A stretch of DNA of 64,000 bases from Patescibacteria group bacterium. Lineage in GTDB: Bacteria > Patescibacteriota > Microgenomatia > Levybacterales > UBA12049. Under the pieces are notes generated by a model. That model saw nothing but the letters and a program-made list of their open reading frames with translations. It did no database searches and was not told the origin of the DNA. Positions within the stretch are counted from its first letter, which is position 1, and each line of letters starts with the position of its first letter. The DNA lies in NCBI GenBank assembly GCA_035946335.1, contig DASYZL010000006.1, positions 106,594-170,593 on the forward strand, read 5' to 3'. Below, in pieces: positions 61,701-64,000 of the stretch. Both the position numbers and the translations under genes were made by a program.

Positions 61701-62201
61701 ATGTCTTCCGGTTACTGGATCAACTGTTGCGGTAAAAAATACGCCTGGCGAACGGACGAGCTGATTGACAACTGCTCTTTCGATACCATTAATGACAAAA
61801 GTCCCATGCTCTGTCATTTGGGGGATGTCACCAAGGAAAATTTCCTGTGTGACGACTTTACCGGTTTTTTTATTAAGAAGGGCAGCTTCTACGTAGAGCG
61901 GTGCATCAAAGGTAACACCTTTTTTCATTGCTTCTTGCGGTGTGGTTGCGGATTTTCCCAAACGGTACTCTTTCAGTGTTAATGTCCAATTTTTCTCAGT
62001 AAAATCATCAATTGGAGAAATCTCTTCCAACATCCGCCCGATGCGTTTTTCTAAAAATTCTTGGTAGGATTTTTTTTGTATGGCAAGAAGATCTAATTTT
62101 GGAAGTGTTGAGTATGTTTTACCCCAGTTATGTCGAATGATAGGTTCTGTCACTTGTTTTGGCATTGGTAATAATTTTGGAATTAAGCAGTATCTCCTCA
62201 A
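58779..62201 (-). CDS. rpoB: DNA-directed RNA polymerase subunit beta
   Basis: 1140 aa; conserved beta-subunit regions. The true start may be the internal MPKQVTEPIIRHNWGK (12 codons downstream). Confidence 0.95.
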   Translation of the reverse strand: MRRYCLIPKLLPMPKQVTEPIIRHNWGKTYSTLPKLDLLAIQKKSYQEFLEKRIGRMLEEISPIDDFTEKNWTLTLKEYRLGKSATTPQEAMKKGVTFDAPLYVEAALLNKKTGKVVTQEIFLGDIPQMTEHGTFVINGIERAVVNQLVRSPGVFFTATVDPVTGRHLYNAEIRPVHGSWLEFSTTRHGTITVKIDRRRKFPVTTFLRAIGLADTNLIKEKFTQVDTGNESFIENTLKKDETTTEIEALIEIFKKMHPGEPIVLDKVRESLHGLFFNNRRYDLGAVGRYKINKKLQNSDGFIPSDVHVLTLEDVIGTISYLMGLTKGVGHVDDIDSLANRRVRSVGELVASTAFRVGVLRLERSVKERMSLLQTDQPVTLGNLINARPIMASLNEFYRTSQLSTILDQTNPLAEIDNLNRLTVMGTGGISRERAAFSIRDINSSQYGRIDPIRSPEGPNIGLVTYLALYARVNEYGFLESPYRTVSKQGRKMIATDEIVYLDAEDEFKEYISHSGVLNEKDEIAAARVPARFKGEFLEVDKEQISYVDICPRQVVGTAASLIPFVAHDEANRALMGTHMQCQAVPLIRPESPIVGTGMEDVVAQVMGRVVKAPFDGEITHSDAKAVVIKGKNETKSYQLTSFMRTSNSTAYSQRVKVVAGQKVKKGDILIDGPASENGELALGQNLVIAYTSFEGLGYEDAIVISERLVKEDLLSSIHIEKYEAAVVETKLGPEETTRDIPNVSEEDLANLDEDGIVVVGSNVVPGDILVGKIAPKGETELTAEERLLRAIFGEQAREVRDTSLRMPHGERGTVVNVQTLDRKKGDELEAGTIRKIIVEVAQFRHVVVGDKLAGRHGNKGVISKILPEADMPYLADGTPVDIIIQPISVLARMNLGQILEAHLGWAARKLGMKIAVPVFESISEEKIIELLKKAGLPVTGKQTLYDGRTGEPFENDVVVGIEYIMKLIHMVEDKAHARSTGPYSLVTQQPLGGKAQMGGQRLGEMEVWALEAHRAQHILQEMLTYKSDDVTGRTKTFEAIVKGTQIPQAKVPESFKVLVKELQSLGLAVVPQGAKVAPEEDKKETSQELREEEKTETSAKEMEQVLGVDNVAEQDIASGLAEKAEIGENESPQNAEGEKA

Positions 62202-62268
62202 AAAAAAGAAACCGGGTACACTAACCCTTTTTCTTTCTGGTGCTGAGACTTACTCATTTATATCACAG

Positions 62269-62298
62269 GTATACAGACCTGTCAAGGCCTGTATACGA
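62269..62298. promoter_or_regulatory. Inverted repeat GTATACAG-N12-CTGTATAC between the divergent rpoB and alaS genes (candidate operator)
   Basis: Two GTATAC palindromes about 22 bp apart forming an 8-bp perfect inverted repeat. Confidence 0.3.
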
Positions 62299-62364
62299 TC
62301 GAGAAGCAATATGCATATACATAATACTCATAAAGTTCGTTAATCAACATTATTTTTTCACGCA

Positions 62365-62373
62365 TGGTATAAT
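62365..62373 (+). promoter_or_regulatory. Perfect extended -10 TGGTATAAT 6 nt upstream of the alaS ATG (leaderless-type)
   Basis: cgcaTGGTATAATcatttc-ATG; ATG at 62380. Confidence 0.4.
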
Positions 62374-62379
62374 CATTTC

Positions 62380-64000
62380 ATGAAAGCAAGGCAAATTATT
62401 GATACCTATGTCCAATTTTTTGAGCATAGGGATCATAAACGTATTCCCATGAGTCCATTAGTGCCGGACAATGACCCTACAACACTCTTTACTTCATCTG
62501 GCATGCAACCGCTTATTCCGTACTTATTAGGCGAAGAGCATTCCTCAGGTAAACGGCTTGTTAACGTACAGAACGCATTCCGCGCAGTTGATATTGATGA
62601 AGTTGGCAATAATCGTCATACAACGTTTTTCAGGATGCTTGGGAACTGGAGTCTTGGCGATTATTTTAAAAAAGAACAATTGCCATGGGTTTTCGCATTC
62701 CTCACAAAAGATCTGGGGTTAGACCCGAAAAAACTTTTTGTTAGTGTTTTTAATGGCTATCAGCAAATACCCAAAGATGAAGAATCAATTCTCTTATGGA
62801 AAGAGCTCTTTCGAGCAGCGAACATTGAAGCAAAAGAAGGAGAACGGATTTTTCCGTATGGTGTTGAAAAAAACTGGTGGAGCCGTTCAGGAACACCGGA
62901 CAAAATGCCAACAGGAGAACCGGGTGGACCGGATAGTGAAGTATTTTACGATTTTGGCGAAGCGTTAGGACTTCATGAGAAAAGTTCGTGGCGAAACGAG
63001 AAATGTCATATTAATTGCGACTGTGGACGCTTTTGGGAAATTGGCAATAGTGTTTTCATGCAATATCAAAAACAGGAAAATGGAACATTCAAACAGCTCC
63101 CCAAACAAAACGTTGATTTTGGCGGTGGCCTGGAACGGTTCATCGGCGTAACAGAAAATCAACCTGATATGTTTCAAACATCGCTCTTTTCCCCAACTAT
63201 TGCAGTTATTGCAGAGCTTACAGAAAAGCGCTATGAAAATGCAGAACATAGAAAGGCTATGCAAATAGTTGCAGATCATTTTGGGGGAAGTATGTTTATG
63301 ATCGCTGCTGGCGTTACTCCTTCAAATAAAGAGCAGGGATATATTTTGAGGCGGCTTATCAGACGAAGTCTTGATCATTTATGGACTCTGAAAAATGCAG
63401 TCACTGTTACTCCAATTCTTGAAACCATTACTCAACAGTATAAAGAAACAGATCCTGATCTTGTAGAAAAATTTGAGTCAATCAGCCTTACCATCCTGGA
63501 AGAAGAGCAAATATATAAAAGAACGCTTAGTCATGCGAAGAAGTTAATAGAAAAAGATATAAGCAATCCGGACAGGCAAATCGACAAAGTTAAAAAAGAA
63601 AAAGATTCTCAGCAGGAAGGAACGGCACATAATGATCTTCCCGGCATAAAACTGGGAGATGAACTTATGGGCACAGTGGAAATTTCTGCTGATACTGCTT
63701 TTAAGGCAATCTCTTCTTACGGTCTTTCACCAACACAGCTCAAAAGTCTTGGATATACTTTTAATAACCAGGAACTTGCTGAGAAAATAAAAGAGCATCA
63801 ATATCTTTCCCGTCAGGGGGCACAGCAAAAATTCAGCGGTGGACTTGCTGACCATAAAGAACGAACTATTATGGGTCATACTGCGACACATTTACTACAG
63901 CAGGCGCTTCGAGAGGTACTGGGAAATATCGTGCACCAGACAGGGTCAAACATCACGACGGAACGGTTACGGTTTGATTTTAACTTTGAGCGCAAGCTTA
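62380..64000 (+). CDS. alaS: Alanine--tRNA ligase, partial (3' end beyond the window)
   Basis: Manual translation gives MKARQIIDTYVQFFEHRDHKRIPMSPLVPDNDPTTLFTSSGMQP..., WSLGDYFK, GGGLER and the editing-domain HTATHLL motif. Absent from the ORF track because there is no stop within the window. Confidence 0.9.
   Translation, partial: MKARQIIDTYVQFFEHRDHKRIPMSPLVPDNDPTTLFTSSGMQPLIPYLLGEEHSSGKRLVNVQNAFRAVDIDEVGNNRHTTFFRMLGNWSLGDYFKKEQLPWVFAFLTKDLGLDPKKLFVSVFNGYQQIPKDEESILLWKELFRAANIEAKEGERIFPYGVEKNWWSRSGTPDKMPTGEPGGPDSEVFYDFGEALGLHEKSSWRNEKCHINCDCGRFWEIGNSVFMQYQKQENGTFKQLPKQNVDFGGGLERFIGVTENQPDMFQTSLFSPTIAVIAELTEKRYENAEHRKAMQIVADHFGGSMFMIAAGVTPSNKEQGYILRRLIRRSLDHLWTLKNAVTVTPILETITQQYKETDPDLVEKFESISLTILEEEQIYKRTLSHAKKLIEKDISNPDRQIDKVKKEKDSQQEGTAHNDLPGIKLGDELMGTVEISADTAFKAISSYGLSPTQLKSLGYTFNNQELAEKIKEHQYLSRQGAQQKFSGGLADHKERTIMGHTATHLLQQALREVLGNIVHQTGSNITTERLRFDFNFERKL

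Noticed and set aside
54997-62201. Numerous 60-190-aa ORFs on the plus strand inside rpoB/rpoC, and similar ones antisense to ribosomal protein genes
   Set aside because: They lie antisense to highly conserved genes and have low-complexity composition; typical six-frame noise.
1-64000. Possibility of an alternative genetic code (UGA recoding, as in some CPR lineages)
   Set aside because: Long conserved genes (rpoB, rpoC, fusA, tuf, recA) are uninterrupted with standard stops, and no in-frame TGA is needed to recover conserved C-termini.

Overview
This 64 kb window is AT-rich (about 40% GC) and gene-dense, and looks like a Candidate Phyla Radiation (Patescibacteria)-type bacterium using the standard genetic code. 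Long ORFs such as rpoC show no in-frame TGA. Most of the window is the ribosomal-protein super-operon on the minus strand. From the high-coordinate end this runs rpoB-rpoC-rpsL-rpsG, then tuf, rpsJ, and rplC through rplO (the S10 and spc operons), then secY-adk-cmk-map, and finally infA-rpmJ-rpsM-rpsK-rpsD-rpoA-rplQ-rplM-rpsI. The super-operon is interrupted at several points by mostly opposite-strand accessory cassettes. Between rpsJ and rplC sits a plus-strand cell-wall cassette with a MurF-like ligase, an alpha/beta hydrolase, a DegT-family aminotransferase and a FemAB-family gene. Between infA and map sit a frameshifted SemiSWEET gene and a minus-strand operon encoding a secreted phospholipase-C-like phosphoesterase, a small membrane-anchored protein and an acyltransferase-3 membrane protein. 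fusA lies on the plus strand, apart from rpsG and tuf. Upstream housekeeping genes are DUF192, tsaD, a frameshifted aldehyde dehydrogenase, a glutamine synthetase-like gene, rmuC, a GT39-like membrane glycosyltransferase, a UvrD-helicase/Cas4-like Fe-S nuclease fusion, an AI-2E transporter, an ABC-2 exporter, hup, rny, recX-recA, an MBL hydrolase and a SurA-like chaperone. Two RNA genes are not in the ORF track: RNase P RNA (rnpB, about 10681-11029, plus strand) and tRNA-Pro(GGG) (about 18220-18291, plus strand). I also read L36 (rpmJ) manually, a partial alaS at the 3' end of the window, and a 46-aa candidate small ORF that has a strong SD. A recurring regulatory pattern is an extended -10 element (TGnTAnAAT) only 6-10 nt upstream of the ATG, which implies leaderless or near-leaderless mRNAs. 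No CRISPR array, rRNA gene or transposase was seen. Coordinates I derived by eye (RNAs, promoters, small ORFs) may be off by 1-2 nt. Trimmed CDS starts were computed by codon arithmetic from the ORF track.
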